A stretch of 63,962 nt of DNA, counting the filler, from Diploschistes diacapsis (Eukaryota): the NCBI GenBank assembly GCA_023645945.1. It is 25 parts of 25 records of this genome, joined end to end, with 100 filler letters (N's around TTAATTAATTAA, not from the genome) between each part and the next. Parts side by side here need not be neighbours in the genome. Positions count along the whole stretch, not along the records: positions 1 to 18,555 come from JALAIB010000409.1; 24 more parts are not named here. One strand, written 5' to 3'. Below are positions 1 through 15,500 of the stretch, in pieces; the stretch's first letter is position 1; the number at the start of each line of letters is the position of its first letter. Under the pieces are notes generated by a model. The model did not search any database. It saw only the letters and a list, made by a program, of their open reading frames with translations, and was not told where the DNA came from. A program made the position numbers and the translations under genes.

Positions 1-1725
1 GTTGCCATATCGGCGCTCCAACCCGCAGACGTTGTGGTGGCCCTGCCTTCTGGGGCTTTGGTTTGCAGAGACGCCGCTGCCATCGCCGCCTCGACGGCTC
101 TCGCGGTTGCTATCTTGTATCGAGCTTGGTGCTTTTTCGTCCTTGCGCGACTTCATCCTCTGGTCGTGCCGCGTGTGCTGTTAACCCCCACTTCCCTGTC
201 CCGTGCTCCTTGAGACTTTGATGCCAGAAATGGGAGTCCAGCACCATCTGAACAGTACGAAGCAGAGTAGTGCCACGAGGAAAGCAAAGATGAGAAGGAG
301 GAGGATGAAAACGTTGGGCTCCGTGACTGGAGATGTTGCCTCTACTAGGAAAGAATGTAAGTGCTTATTGTCTGTGCCTGTGGCGTGTGTTTAGGGGTAC
401 CTAAGAAGATATGGGCTCAGAATGGGGGGCGATGAGGTGTGATGTAAGATGGAAATGGTATTTCAGGGCAGTGAGAGAGTGGATTGGAGGGCCTGCATAT
501 ATCACGTATAGCGGAAGAAGCCCGTGGTCGAGGGTGTTTGGCGATGTGCAGCAGGTAGTCCTCAGGTTCAATGGGGTTGAACACCTGTACTCACTTGCTC
601 AATGGCTTTCATCCAAACCTCATCAGCAGTGTCCGATATTGCCATGGTCTCTGACGTCTCGCATATAAAGGCAAGCATAGCTGATGAAATGTTCGTTCCT
701 AGTGAAACTAACAATGGAGAAGGGCTTGGCCATCCAGTCTCCAAAGGTCCAGCCCTGCTTTGATCACCGTCGCAGTCTAACATGCTGAGTTCCTCATTTC
801 ACTCATAAAACAGCTTCCAGGCTGATACTATACTGAACGTAATGATAGAACAGGTTGCAGGTTGAGCCTGACTAAATAGAAATCAACTTGCTTAAGTATC
901 CAAAGGGGAAAAGGAAATACATGCGTGTTCGACAATTACCAAAGAACAAGTGCTAGCCGCACAGAGAGTTGCAAAGGCAATCGATGATTGAAGTAGCAAA
1001 CGCCAAAACTAAACAGGGGCAAAGCTCGAACGAGACAGAAAACCACAGGTATCAGCAATCATAAAACGAATGATCTTGGAACGAGAGAGATAGCAGGGGA
1101 TAAAAGCCAACGTCTAATAACAACATCCTTGAGCCCTTGAAACTATAGAGAAATGGCCCCTCATCGAGCCAGACTGCCTTCTACCGAATATATAGACAGC
1201 TTAGGCGGACAAGTTCAAGGTACCCAACTACCGGCTTCGCAGTAGGCCGTTGGAACAATAACATCTCGCTTCCTTGTGAAAAAGCGTAGTCGCAGCTTGA
1301 ACTTGGTTTTCTTGTTGCTTGATATCACAGGATATATTGTTTGGGCCAGTAGTAGGTGTCGATCGAGCAGAGGAGTAGAGATGGCGTTTCTCTGCAGAAC
1401 TCCTCAGCAAACTACGCCCTACTCTAAATACATCTCAATGACATCGGCCTCAGTTGGAAGGGAGCACAGATTCATGACTCGATATCAAGCTGTAAATTGT
1501 AGATATAGATGAAGTGGAATGAGATCCCTGACAATAGAAGGCATGGATGGCCTTAAGGCTGCCAAGCCCTTGGTGCGACATTCATAGACATAGCTCTTGG
1601 CACCGATATAAGTTATTTGACTCTATTGTTCAACAAAAAGTCAGCGGGATCCCCTGCTGCACCATAGGATAAAGCCCCCGGAAACGACATCGTACTAAAG
1701 CGCCGCGGTAACGCGATTACTCACA

Positions 1726-2946
1726 ATGGCCGACTCACCTGGCTCTCCGCTCTCGTCCCACTCCTCCAGCGAATTCACCGAAGACATCAAGCTTGTCTCG
1801 CGCGAAGCCTCTTTCGACATCGACCGCTCATACACTGGCAGTATGCCTCCTACCAAGCGCCAAAAGACTGGCATGTCCTCTTTCCACTCGACGCCTCAAT
1901 ACAACTCGGATGCAAGAGAAGAAGAGGAGCTCGGCGACATCTCCTCCGATACCTCTGGCAGCGCACCCAGCTCCCCTTATATCGGAGCTGCTTATACCCA
2001 GGATGAAGATCAGGGCGAGCAGGTGACCGTATGTAAGTGGCGCAACTGTCCAGCGGGGAATTTGGGAAATATGGATGAGCTTGTGGTGCATACCAAAGAC
2101 GTACACATCGACCACCACACCGGCCGCGCGCAAAAGAAGTTCGTGTGCGAATGGGAGGGATGTCCAAGGATGGGCGCCCCGCACGCGAGCGCCTACGCTC
2201 TACGATCACATATGAGAAGCCATACAAAGGAGAAGCCGTTTTTCTGTGCTTTACCAGGTCTGTCTCCATTTTCCTCCCCGCTCCTACTTAAGATCAAGTG
2301 AGCTTTGGTACTAAGACTACAGTGCGAACGAATAGAGTGCGATAAATGCTTCACCCGCTCCGATGCGCTATCAAAGCACATGCGCACTGTGCATGAAACC
2401 GAAGCCCTTCGCCCCTCGGACCCAATACCGCGAAACCACGCCCAAACCCAAGTCAAACCCCAAAAACTAAAACTCACCTTCAAAAAGGGCTTGAATCCGG
2501 AGAATGGCACCAATACTCTAGCTGCAGTGGACGATGACGGCCTCTCTGCCACCATGGATGCCGTCAACGGTACCAGTGGCGGCGGCGGGAAGGGTGCGTT
2601 TGCCTACCCCACAGACCTTACATTCACGGACGAAGAGCTCACGATGGCGCCTGACTATCTGTACAAGCTTTGTCGGAGGCAACTGCATTGGAGCGGGCAG
2701 GAGGGAGAGAGGTTGAAGAAAGAGTGTGCGGAGCTGGGGAGCAAACTCAGGCAGGAGTGGCAGAAGAAGGAGCTGGTTCTGGCTAATCTAATGGAGGCGG
2801 ACTTGGCACAAGGGACGCTGGTTGGGAAAGGAGAAGAGAATGAGGCGCAGAGAGAGTGTGTCTCAAAGATGGTGGCAAGGCTGTTGCCCGCCGTGATACT
2901 ACCGTTGCAAGGAGAGACGCCGTGGTACAGAAGGGGCGGTGGATAG
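1726..2946 (+). CDS. C2H2 zinc-finger protein, similar to INO80-associated Iec1 (2 exons; intron 2258-2335)
   Basis: Splicing GTCTGT(2258)..CTAAG..TAG(2335) joins the two ORFs into [36 protein letters not shown]. Three Gli-like C2H2 fingers, followed by a coiled-coil C-terminus. Confidence 0.8.
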
Positions 2947-4351
2947 CACATGCAAGATTACTAGACCTGTTGACCAAGAGCTGGTGTCACAATAATGGCT
3001 AGAAATCGGTCTTGAATGCTCTGATAACACTACGTAAGCTCGGTTCTTTTCCTTGACTGTGTACTACCTTGACCATACTGATTGCCCTCAAGGTGCCTTC
3101 GCTAAGTGGTGAGGGTTGGGAACTTTTACTATCAAGCGCTGAATAGTAGATCCTGAACAGCATCAACAGACTCTGCAATCGATGATCTGAGACGGCTGAC
3201 GGTGGTGGGGCGATGCATGAAGCCTTTTGTGCAAAGCTTCATCACCGTCACTGCGACCCGAAAAAGCATCTTGAAACTTTCCATACCGCCGTATTCTCGC
3301 CGTTGTTGCCGCAGAGATATTGGTCCCTCCTCCCCTCTGCTTTCCAAGCTCCACAAAGCACTCACAGGAAAGCTTTCGCCTTACACATCTCCCAACTCTT
3401 CCTTCTTATACTTTTCCTCAACCCACTCTCGGCCTCACAAATGCCCTTTTCCCTTGCAGAGCACCAAGACAACGATCTATGTCAAGAACGGCAACTCGCT
3501 CGACGTAGCATTTTTTCTCACTCCCAACGAACCATATGTGCTTCTCTCGCCAAAAGAGTTTTGCTTCCGATATTGGTAGTCAACCTAGCGAATCCGAACC
3601 TGGGAGTAGGAGGCCAGTGGGTACCGCACTCGGACCCATTTACAGTCCGGGAGCAGTAGTTATACGCTGTTGGCTAGGACCCGCACCATTCGCCAGCCAC
3701 GATGAAGCCTCGGCGCATCGGGTCTCACGAGCTGATGAACCTGAATTGTCCAGAAATTTTACAGTCGCCTCGGGCCTCAGCGTTGCCGCGCTCAAGAACA
3801 TACCCCAGGAAAGTGATCCGCATGGGCGTCAGGGGTCTCTCAAAGAGCCGCCATGTCTCTATGTAGAAGTGCAGAATCTTCAAGGTTGATGCCCATACGA
3901 GATGGAACTAGTAGTTATGCTTTTTTTTATTGCAGCTTGTATTCGCTTTGGGGATACGGCATGACGCAGCGTGCGGTGGATAAGGGGGGATTCACTCGGC
4001 TTGGAGGATTATCGGACTTATCGGATTTGTCTGAGCTTTTAATCTAACAGCAAGTTTTCCCGGGAAAAACGATACTCGGTCTGTAGGTGAGGAATGTGTA
4101 TTTGCAGATTCGACATAATAACAATGTGGGCTGGTCTAGATACAAAGCCGTGATCAGAAGCAGTCAGAATCTCACTCATACCTATTATAAACGCCAACTT
4201 TGCATTAAATCCAAGCCATATACGCATCAGCATTGCCTAGCGAGCATCAAGTCGACATTCAGATCCACCTAGCCTCACAGTTAACACCAATTCTTCTTCT
4301 CTTCCTACCTCTCAGCCGGATTTCATTGCCTGCCTCTTCTTTTCAATACCA

Positions 4352-4891
4352 ATGGCTTCCTCATCCTCCGCCCCAAACACCACTGCCCCCCTCCACGATC
4401 AAATCGCCGAATACTACACACTCAAACAACCCTACACCTCCCTCCTCGCCGCTGCCTCCTCCAAGATCTCCTCCCCGACCCCCGATGACATCGCTGCCGC
4501 ATATCATAAACCAAACCCCAATCCTTCCGCCCGACCCCCACACAAAGACAACCTCTTCCCGGACCCTGTCAACCCGCGCAAGACCGCACCGGGCATGCCG
4601 GAGAGGAAGAAGAGGACAGGATTTGACAAGGAGATGCTTGCGACGGGGGCTGTGGATTGGAAGGCGATCGAGAAGATGATAAGTGGGATGAGGGAGGGGG
4701 CAAGGGAGAAGAAGGGGCCGGAGGGGAAGGAGGAGAAGGAGGTCTGGAAAAGAGTGGATGGGGTTTTGCAGGGGGGGTTAGGGTTCATAGGGAAGCAAAA
4801 CCAGGGCGTGGACAGTGGGGATGGTGCTGGGAGTGGTACGGGAGGCGGAAGCGAAGATGGAGGGAAAGGGAAGAGGAAGGGCAAGAAGTGA
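4352..4891 (+). CDS. Hypothetical protein, 179 aa
   Basis: Intact ATG-initiated ORF with good context (ACCAATGGC). No recognisable domain; faint J-domain-like start (YY..L..TPDDIAAAYHK) without HPD. Confidence 0.45.
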   Translation: MASSSSAPNTTAPLHDQIAEYYTLKQPYTSLLAAASSKISSPTPDDIAAAYHKPNPNPSARPPHKDNLFPDPVNPRKTAPGMPERKKRTGFDKEMLATGAVDWKAIEKMISGMREGAREKKGPEGKEEKEVWKRVDGVLQGGLGFIGKQNQGVDSGDGAGSGTGGGSEDGGKGKRKGKK

Positions 4892-5294
4892 GGAGGTTGG
4901 GCAAGATGGATGGGTGTATGCATGGATTGGCTGAATATGATACGCCAAGGGCTGAGAGCTACCTTTTTGGCCATTGAGTAATTATCGAGCTTGGCCGGAG
5001 ATGGTGGCTGTATTGCATGCTCTAGGCGGAACAGCGAGACATTTGTGACTTGCCGCAACTCAAGGTATGTCCGCTTTCTCTTTCACCGCTCCTCCCAACC
5101 TTGCTTATGATGAGCAAAACAAGAGTTCTGCAATACGAAGTTTGTTTCACGAAAGCGAAGCAGCATGCCGACACCCTAATCTACACTTGATCTGAAGCAC
5201 ACCTTTATTCTTGGAAAATCAACTATTTCGATTATTCCGTTCTCTACTGACGTTGGTCTAGAAAAAATGTACCTTTAGTTTATAAATAACCAGT

Positions 5295-6379
5295 CTAAGT
5301 CTCAAGATGCTGCATGTAGGCCTCCGGGTACCTCGTCCCCGCGACCTGGAACGTCTTCAGAAACTCGTCAATCTGCGCAAAATCCTGGTGCTTGAATTTC
5401 TTGATCTCGAAATTCTCTGCTACCCTCTCCTTGGTTGTCGCCCCGGGAATCGGCACGAATAGCGGCATGCCGTCCTTCTCGCTCTGTGCAGCGACCCAAG
5501 CAAGCGAATACTGAGCGCTCGTTGCGCCGTGCTTCTTTGCGATCTCCTGCACCTTGTCCACCAGCTCCAGATTTTTGGTGAAGTTCTCCTCGTCAAAGCG
5601 CGGCATGCGCTGCTGCATCATGTTCAGGTCATCGCGGTTCTTGACATGGCCCGTCAGGAAGCCGCGGCTGAAGGGCGAGTAGGCGATGATGGGAATACCA
5701 TGCTCCGCGCACGCGGCAGCGACACCCTTTGTGAGAGCCTGGTCCTCGAACAAACTCACCTCTGTCTCCACCCCCTCGATCCGCGCCACTTTGGCCGCGC
5801 GCCGGATGGTCTCGGGCCCCACCTCGCTTAGTCCGATCCCGCCTATTTTCCCCTCTTCGACGAGCTTCTTCAGCTCCCCAAGCGTCTCCTCGATCGGAAC
5901 TTTTTTGTCCACGCGCGCCGGCTCGAAGATGTCAATCTTCTTCTTTCCGTCCAGCAGCTTCACGCAATTTTCTACCGACCGGCGCACATCCCTGGGCGCT
6001 CCCGCGGGCTCAAAGTTGATCAGGCAGCCCTTGATGGAAAGCACGACCTTGTCGGCGTCTTCCGGGTACTGCGTGAAGTAGCGGTTCAGCAGCTGCAGGG
6101 AGTTGGCGTCCGGCGGACCGTAGAACTCGCCTCCGTTCCAGAAGTTAGCACCGAGACGCAGCGCTTCGCGCATGGCGGCGAAGGCTTGGGCATCAGGGGT
6201 TTGCGGTGGGCGGGTGAAGCCTTGTGGGAGCTGTTAGTTTGAGGTGGTATATATGAGCGCTGAGGCTTGATCGAAGGGGAGAGAGGATGGAACGGATGCT
6301 GGGCAATGGGGTGGATGGAGTTCTTACCCATTAGCCCAAAGCCGTAGGGGCCAATCTCCTTGCCTGCAATGGTGGGCAT
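5295..6379 (-). CDS. Aldo-keto reductase, pyridoxal reductase-like (intron 6221-6327)
   Basis: MPTIAGKEIGPYGFGLMG spliced (GTAAGA..CTAAC..AAG) to FTRPP...NFWNGGEFYG, VLSIKG, GKIGGIGLSEV, IAYSPFSRGFLTG, PIPGATT. These are AKR motifs. Confidence 0.9.
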
Positions 6380-7421
6380 CTTCGTGAGTTGGAAAGCTTG
6401 TCGTGGGGGTTTGATTACTCGATATGGTGGAAGATGTTTAGTCTTGCATGCTCTTCTTACAATCAATCAATGACTGGGCCCCTAGCTATTTATATATATT
6501 TTTATATACATACATACACATACAGCTCACTGGGGCAAATTCAGCTGTAGTCGAGTGATATCACACCCAAGCAAACTCTTACCTCTGCACCAAGTCCGCC
6601 ACAGCGACGCTCTCCAAGGCTTTTCCGGAAATTTCGTCCGAACGCGGGGACGGCCTCGTCTCGCTCACCATCTTCTTGCATACTCTACGCAACAGCAATG
6701 CTAGAGCTTTGCATCATTCCTCATGGGTGCATACTAGACGAGGACTTGCCAGGCCGCCTCCATGGTTCGTAATGTCTTTAACTTTAAGTTGCCAGCAAAG
6801 CCTTGTGGCATCTCCGTCCGAGAGCATGGCGGACCGGGGTTTACCTGGGGACAACAAGAGCTCCGAGTTGTCAAGGTACTGTATACCGAGGGCGCGTATG
6901 GAATAAACACCGCCTGTGCCTATGATTCGGACTGAGCCACGATGCGAGTACGAGCGAGTTGGGTTTGGTTCGCTTTAGCGAGGCCGACATTTCTCTGTTC
7001 TAGTCTACACTGACCATGGGGTGCAACATCCGAACGACGAGGCCCCAACGTTGTTTGTTGCTATGAAAAGTGGGACTAGTTTACCTTCGATAGGTTTCCC
7101 TCCTTCTTTAGCAATTGGACGGATCAGCTGTCCGGCGGGCAGTCACTCCCAGGCGTGCTACTGGCAACGGCGAAGAGCTTCTTCTCCGCTTCCCAGCTCT
7201 ACTTTTTCTTCCATACTCCATTTTCTCCCAACTTCCGGTCTCCCTCCCCCCCGTCTTAGTGAAGCTTTTCTCCGTTTTCCTGCGTCTTCGTCTGGCCTTC
7301 AGCCCCCCGCCTCCCTTCCTCCTGAAGCTTACCCTGCGTTAATAACGTCCAAGCTGCTATAAAGCAAGAGCAGCGGTTCGAACCTGCTCCTTCTCGCTCC
7401 CTCTCCCTGAGTCCACAGGTC

Positions 7422-9265
<1,844 letters not shown>

Positions 9266-9847
9266 GGTCAACAGCGATTCTGTACCAAATATCATCAAGA
9301 GCACAGAACTGTTGCAATGAAATCCTGCCTAACTTTTGGAAGAAGTGCACTTTTCCAGCCAATTTATTTCCAAATCATGAAGTTGCCATGCTGGATCGCC
9401 ACGACAGGAAGAATCGGACATGCAGCTGAGCCGTACTTCACTTTAACGGAAGAATTATCCCGAGCAGAGGGATAGGAGATCGGCAGTGTAGAACCTTCCC
9501 CAACCTTTTCTTTCGGCTTCCGAGGGGAGATGCAATTGATGACAAGGACAGATGATAAGGAGGGTGTAGTAGAAAGTTAAGACATCAAACTTGAAGGATA
9601 TATTATGCGGTCACGCAATTACCGAATCTGGAGATTTCTCAACTACCAGCGATTAGCGATCGGACAAGAACGCGGTTTTTCCGAAGCACAGTGTCCTGAA
9701 GACCTTGGAGCGACAAAAATTGTGCTCGCATATTCTTGAAAGCTATACGGAAGTATTTTCGTTCCGAAAAGAAAGGAACAATCGCTAATGGGTATCAATA
9801 AATTCAGACAGCCACTCCTGCTTTTCTATATCGTTAATCGTAATATT

Positions 9848-11534
9848 CTATTCCTTCAAGCCTCGGCAGGCCTTTTGTTTTTGGTGGCGTAGCATATTTG
9901 CCTTCTTCTTGAACTCAGCATTGCAGTGCTCACACTTGTACTTGGCTGGCTCGTGGATGAGCTTATGTCGTTGAAAGTTTGCATGATCGGCGTCCTTGTG
10001 CCCACAGAGCTTGCAGTGGTATGGTTTCTCGCCGGTATGTGTCCGTCGGTGCGTACCTTGGCATTGTCAGTTCTGTGCCTTCGAGTATAGTGTCGCGTGA
10101 TGAGCATACTCAGAGTTGACTGGTGTGAGAAGCAACTACCGCACTCTTCGCACTTGAATGGCTTTTCTCCAGTATGTATACGGCGGTGCTGTTCAAGCGA
10201 TTTCTTCTCGGAAAATAACCGCTGACATTGATCGCAGCGATATGCCTTGTCTAAGTCATGTTAGCGGCGTCCAATACTATGAGAAGCCACTCACGCTTGC
10301 TATGAGTGCGTACATGGTCCTTCAAGTGCTGTACTTGACGCCATCTCTTTTTAGTCTGAGCAAATGGGCACCCTTGCCAGCGACAGATGATCCTTTCTCC
10401 ATTCCTCGAGTTGCTTGGGCACTCACTCAAAGCCAGGTGCGAATCTTCTATATGTGTTTGCAGCTCAAGCGCACTTTTGAAGGCGAGAGAGCATGGTCCG
10501 GAGGAACCTTGTTCAGAAATCCAGCAACAAGCGAAGATTTGTCCCGCTGAAGAAGAGTTGTTGACGAGCTTGTCCAAGCCGTTCAAGTTCGTAGAAGAAG
10601 TTGGACTCGGGCATGTCACTTCCGAGGAAGCTGTTGCTGTAAATGTTTCAGGAGAGGAAGCTTTGGACGCTTGTCCGATCTGCTTGGCTCCGACTCTAGC
10701 CTTCTCGACGTGCCTGAGACCGTCTTGTATGCAAGGACCTGTCCTGTTTGGATCATGACAACATGGTTTCTGGCCAAAAGAGGCAATTTCCTGGAGCTCT
10801 CCGTAGATTTCTTCATTTTGTGAAGGATAGGAAAAGTTATGGTTGTTGTATGTTTGGTGCTCACCCAGCGAAAATGACTTGCTTGAACATCCATCCGGGT
10901 GAAGTAAGAGAGGGTTAATGAACCCATCTTTGCAGTGCTCGTTGTGTACATGGGTCTGGACCCAGTTTGAGCTGGGTATGAATTGGTTGCGGCATTCCCG
11001 TTGCGTTCTTCCTCCGCAAGCGTGAGTGATAGTGCAATGGTGCAGAAGCTCTTGTTCGGAGAAAGCCCGGAAGGAGCAACCCTCATGGAGGCAGCACAAT
11101 ATATCGTTAACATTGTTCAGGTGGGTGTCATTACAAAGCGTATTGACACCATCGAACTCACAAGTCTGTTCGCAGTTTGCATCGTAGCATGGCTCTGTAT
11201 CGATTGAGAAACACTCAAAGATCTCGTTGGGATCGCATTGTCGGTCACAAGGTCGGCAGCAGTCCACGGAACCGTCGTGCTCAAAGGTTCCGAAAGGAGA
11301 GTGAGATAAGGACGTCAGTGCTTGAGCTGCTTGCAAGTCATGAGTATGGGTTGGCGGCCATTGTTTTCGGTGACGGTCTGGTATTTCTATAGAGTGACTC
11401 CATGATCGGAGTTGTATGAGCTCAGAGGCTTCAGGAGACCGCGAAGTGTTCTCGGCTGGTATGGACTCTGCAGCATCGCCCCAGCAGCCGCCGGTGAGCC
11501 CAAGGTCGTCCCACGGCGTAGTTGCATCCATCAT
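9848..11534 (-). CDS. Multi-C2H2 zinc-finger transcription factor with Cys/His-rich N-terminal region (introns 10251-10294, 10057-10109)
   Basis: The spliced product reads ..[96 protein letters not shown], with canonical TGEKP linkers. Confidence 0.85.
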
Positions 11535-11989
11535 GATATCTTATTAAAGACTGGGCAACCATCCGGGCTATAATTCTCGGGGTCAAGATGGACCTTTGAT
11601 CAAGACATTGAGCATGGATATGGGGCTCTTTTACACAAAGCACTCTGGTCATAACTTTTGAAGAAATTCTGCCTGGAAGGGTACTCTTACTCTTCATAAC
11701 TTTTGGGTCACGTGGAAGAAGCCGCAAAGGGAGAGCTTCAACCGCGGCCCGCCCTGCGCCACGTGCCCATACCCGCATCTCTCGAAATGTGTCTGACAGC
11801 ATCAACTGATGTATCTTGGTTTACAGATTTTTATAGGTCGCTTTGATGTCTTTCTGGAGCTAACATATTCTGCCACGAAACTCAACGGCCATACCTATAT
11901 ACTAAATATCTATAACAATATACCCATCTTCGCGCCGCACAAACTTCCGTGTCCGCCGATCCCTCCTTCCCGCCAGCCCCTCCCCCACA

Positions 11990-12440
11990 ATGGGCAACTG
12001 CTGCGGCAAAGAGTCTTCCAACTTCTCGACGCCGGGCCGCACGCTCGGTGCAACGCCCGCTGCAGGCTCGCAGTCTCAACCGTCCCAAGCGCCCTTGCCG
12101 AAGAAGATCAGCAGCAGCAGTAGTTCCGGGAGGGCTCTGGGAGGCTCGAGCAGCGGTGGAGGGAGTAATGGCGGTGATGCAAGATCAGCGGCAGCGCAGG
12201 CAGCAGAGGTGAATCAGGAATCCATCTTGTGGTCTTACTCTCTAGTGAATAATGGAGACTGATTTTGAACGTGTGCTACAGGCAAGAGCCGTTCAGTCGA
12301 ATGTGCCAAAGGGCAAGCTGGGGCAGAAGCTAGCGGAGGAGAGGAAACAAACGAGAACGGAAACCCTAGAACAGGTTTCGGCAGAGGAAAGGAGGCAGAG
12401 AGATATGGCGGGCAATGTGGAGGCAAGGAATTGGAATTGA
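11990..12440 (+). CDS. Small N-myristoylated/palmitoylated protein, SVIP-like (intron 12209-12281)
   Basis: Starts MGNCC (acylation motif). A GTGAAT..CTGAT..CAG intron joins AAAQAAE to ARAVQ..GKLGQKLAEERK..RNWN. Confidence 0.7.
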
Positions 12441-12574
12441 GATACCAAGCTTCACGCGGGTAGGGAGGGAAACTGGATTAGCTTGGCGTTGGTGGTCTCT
12501 CGTTTGTTACACAGGAACAAGGGCGTTAGATTGTTCGAATGTTTTCTGTAGTATTGCTCGACCGTATGTAGCAG

Positions 12575-15500
12575 CTAAACAACACTGTATCTGCCAGTGG
12601 CGGGCGCCCTCGATTCACTGTCCGCAGCAGCAACAGTCGCTTCCCTCGCCAGGCGCATAAGTTCCCTCATTGCGTCGGTTACCGCAATTTCAGTATCACC
12701 CTCGACCAAAATATACAACTTTGGAGTCTCTCCCGCTTGTGGCTCTTTACCTGCAGCATAAAAGCTTCCTTTCGTCGTGATTGAAGTTCCGGTAGCCTCC
12801 AATATCTTCGCAACTATAGTTGTTCCGTTAGAGGTCCCATGTAATAATTAGAGAGTAAACTTACCATTGGTTCTATTCGTAACGGACCATCGGGCTCTTT
12901 GATTCATATCATTGATCTATACTCTGTTAATTCTGTAATCGAAGCAAGGGTGAGGAGGAGATGCAGCGAGCGAGAAGCGGGAGGGAAAGGTCACAAGGTT
13001 AATGAACAAGTTGGGAACACGAGGCAAAGGGTAAGAAATGAGAGCAGAAAGACATGAGAGTTAGGAGCGAGCAAGAGGTAGTAAGAAAGGAGAAGACTAG
13101 GAGCTGAAGGAAGTATAGTTAAAGCGTACCTCCAATGTGGCATGGAAGGCTCCAGCATCTGGACCCTTGTTGTCGATTGGCACACCGGCGCGAGGCACCC
13201 CAGCGCTACTGAGGCGATTGTTGATGTTCGCCACTGCTGCGCTAACCCTGTCTAGCGGGTTCTTCGATGTGTTTGGGGCAGCAATTTCCGTCTTGTGGAC
13301 AGTAATCTTTACGTCCAGATCGACTCCGTTAGGGATAGCTGGCAATGACGCAGCCGGAGCATTGGCAGCCCGTACAGAAGAGGCAGCATTCTTGAACAGG
13401 TCTTCGTCCTTCTTGCTTTCTTCCTTCTCTTCTTCGTCTGGCTCGTCTCCCGTCTTGTATACTTTGCGCTCTCGAGTACGGATAGCATCACGTTCCTGGT
13501 CAAGTCTCTCAAGTCCCTTCCCACCAAATCCAGTCGTAGCCTTCTCCTTGCCCGTTTTAATCTTTTCCAGAAACTTGTCAGCAAGCTGTTGCACATCTTC
13601 AGGGACAGGTTGGCCGCTCTGCTTGAGCGCTTTTGCAATGTCAACACTGTATCGTTCTTGCTCTGGGGTGAGGAAGGTAACCGCTGTTCCGGTGTTACCT
13701 GCACGTCCCGTCCGTCCAGCTCGGTGAACGTAGTCTTCCAAGTGGTTCGGTGCGTCGAAGTTGACGACCAACTTCAACTGCTTGACATCTAGCCCACGAG
13801 CAGCTACCGATGTTGCTATGAGAATCGGTACCGCACCTGCTTTGAAATCGGCAATTGTCGAACTTCTGTCGACCTGATCGAGACCCCCATGCAGGCAGTT
13901 GCATGGGTATCCCTTACGAAGAAGGTCTTTCAGAAGACCATCAGCAGACTCGTGCCTGTCAACAAAGATCAAAGCGCGATCATCTTCATTCTTTTCATCT
14001 TCGTATTGCTTACCGAGGAGCTCAAGTAGGCGTATAAACTTCGATTCTTCAGAACGCACTTCCACGATTTGAGTGATCTCGGGAGCAACGACGCTACGTC
14101 CTCCAACAACAATCTCCACAGGCTTGGTCAAGGTCTTTCGAGCCAAGGCTTCCATTTGGCGAGGAAATGTAGCAGAGAATAGGACTGTTTGACGATCAGG
14201 ACGGACGTTGGCGAGGATTTTCATCACTTGGGGTTCGAAACCCATATCAAACATGCGGTCAGCCTCATCCAAGACAATATACGTGACTCGACGGAGGTTT
14301 GTAACACGACCCGAGTTAGCGCCTAATAGGTCGATCATGCGACCGGGAGTACAGACAATGATATGGGCTCCTGTCTTTAATTGAGCTATCTGGTCCTTGA
14401 TTGGTGCTCCACCATAAGCACAAACGGCTCGAAGATTCAAAGCCTTTAAAAACGGCTTACAGTCACGATGTATTTGTGTAGCTAACTCACGAGTTGGGGT
14501 CATGATGAGACCGACCGGACCGTCCATGTTAGCAAGAGGTCGCTGAGCCTTAATATGCCGAAACATCGGTAAGAGAAAAGCAATTGTTTTCCCTGATCCG
14601 GTTTTCGCTACGCCAATCACGTCGCGTCCCGACATGATAGATGGTATTGCTTGGGACTGGATTGACGAAGGCTTTTCGAAGCTCAGGTCGCTAATGACAT
14701 CTTGGATTGGGTTGCTAAGGCCGCATTGGGACCACTTGATTGCAGGCTTAGGCACATCGGTACCGCGAACTTTGATACCATCAAGCTCTAATCGAAGGTC
14801 AGCGACCTCTTCCTCAGTCAGCTCTGCCAGGTCTGAAGGCTCGACATAGAAACTCCGCTGAAATGGCTCATAAGTGACTTTGGCGTGGTTAACGATAGGG
14901 ATTTCCTTCTTCTTCTTTTTATTAGAAATAGCTAGGAAGTCATCTGCGTCCTGGACTGCCGTCATATCAGGCTCGTCATCGTCTCCAAAAAGTGCCTGAG
15001 GTTGCTGTGCTAACTTTCTTTTCGTAGCGAGTCTGGGTCGTGTTAGGGAATTGTCAGTCAGGTCGGTCATGAACGCGTCAAGCGGATCTACTTCTTCTTT
15101 TTCTTCTTCTTCTTCTTCTTCTTCTTCTTCTTCTTCCTCGACCATTTCAGTATCAGTTGGCTGCGGTGGGGCATCTTCCATTTTGGTATCTCCATTGACT
15201 TCGGGAACCCGGTCAGTAATGGCCTCCCCATTCTCACCGGTTATGTAGGTGAGTGACTGAGCTTGCAATCTTTCTTCGCGCTTCTCAGCAGCAGCCCGGG
15301 CGGCGGCGGCAGCCTCTTCTTCCGTGCCCCCTTCGATGTCGACCTCCTCATCGTCGTCTTCATCTTCGTCTTCAATGCCGTTAGTAAGCGCAGCATCCTC
15401 TTTCGTGGCACCATTCTCGAGGGGAGGGGTAGGTAGCTTTTCCAACTTCATCCGCGAACTCTCTTCCTCCTCGAAGGTTAAGCTTTTCTTGGCAGCGCCT

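Noticed and set aside
1..1700. Short ORFs at the window start and at 3132-4272
   Set aside because: No recognisable motifs or consistent splice pattern; treated as intergenic or unresolvable.
4352..4520. Possible DnaJ domain
   Set aside because: There is no HPD motif and the helix spacing is poor; kept only as a hypothetical protein.
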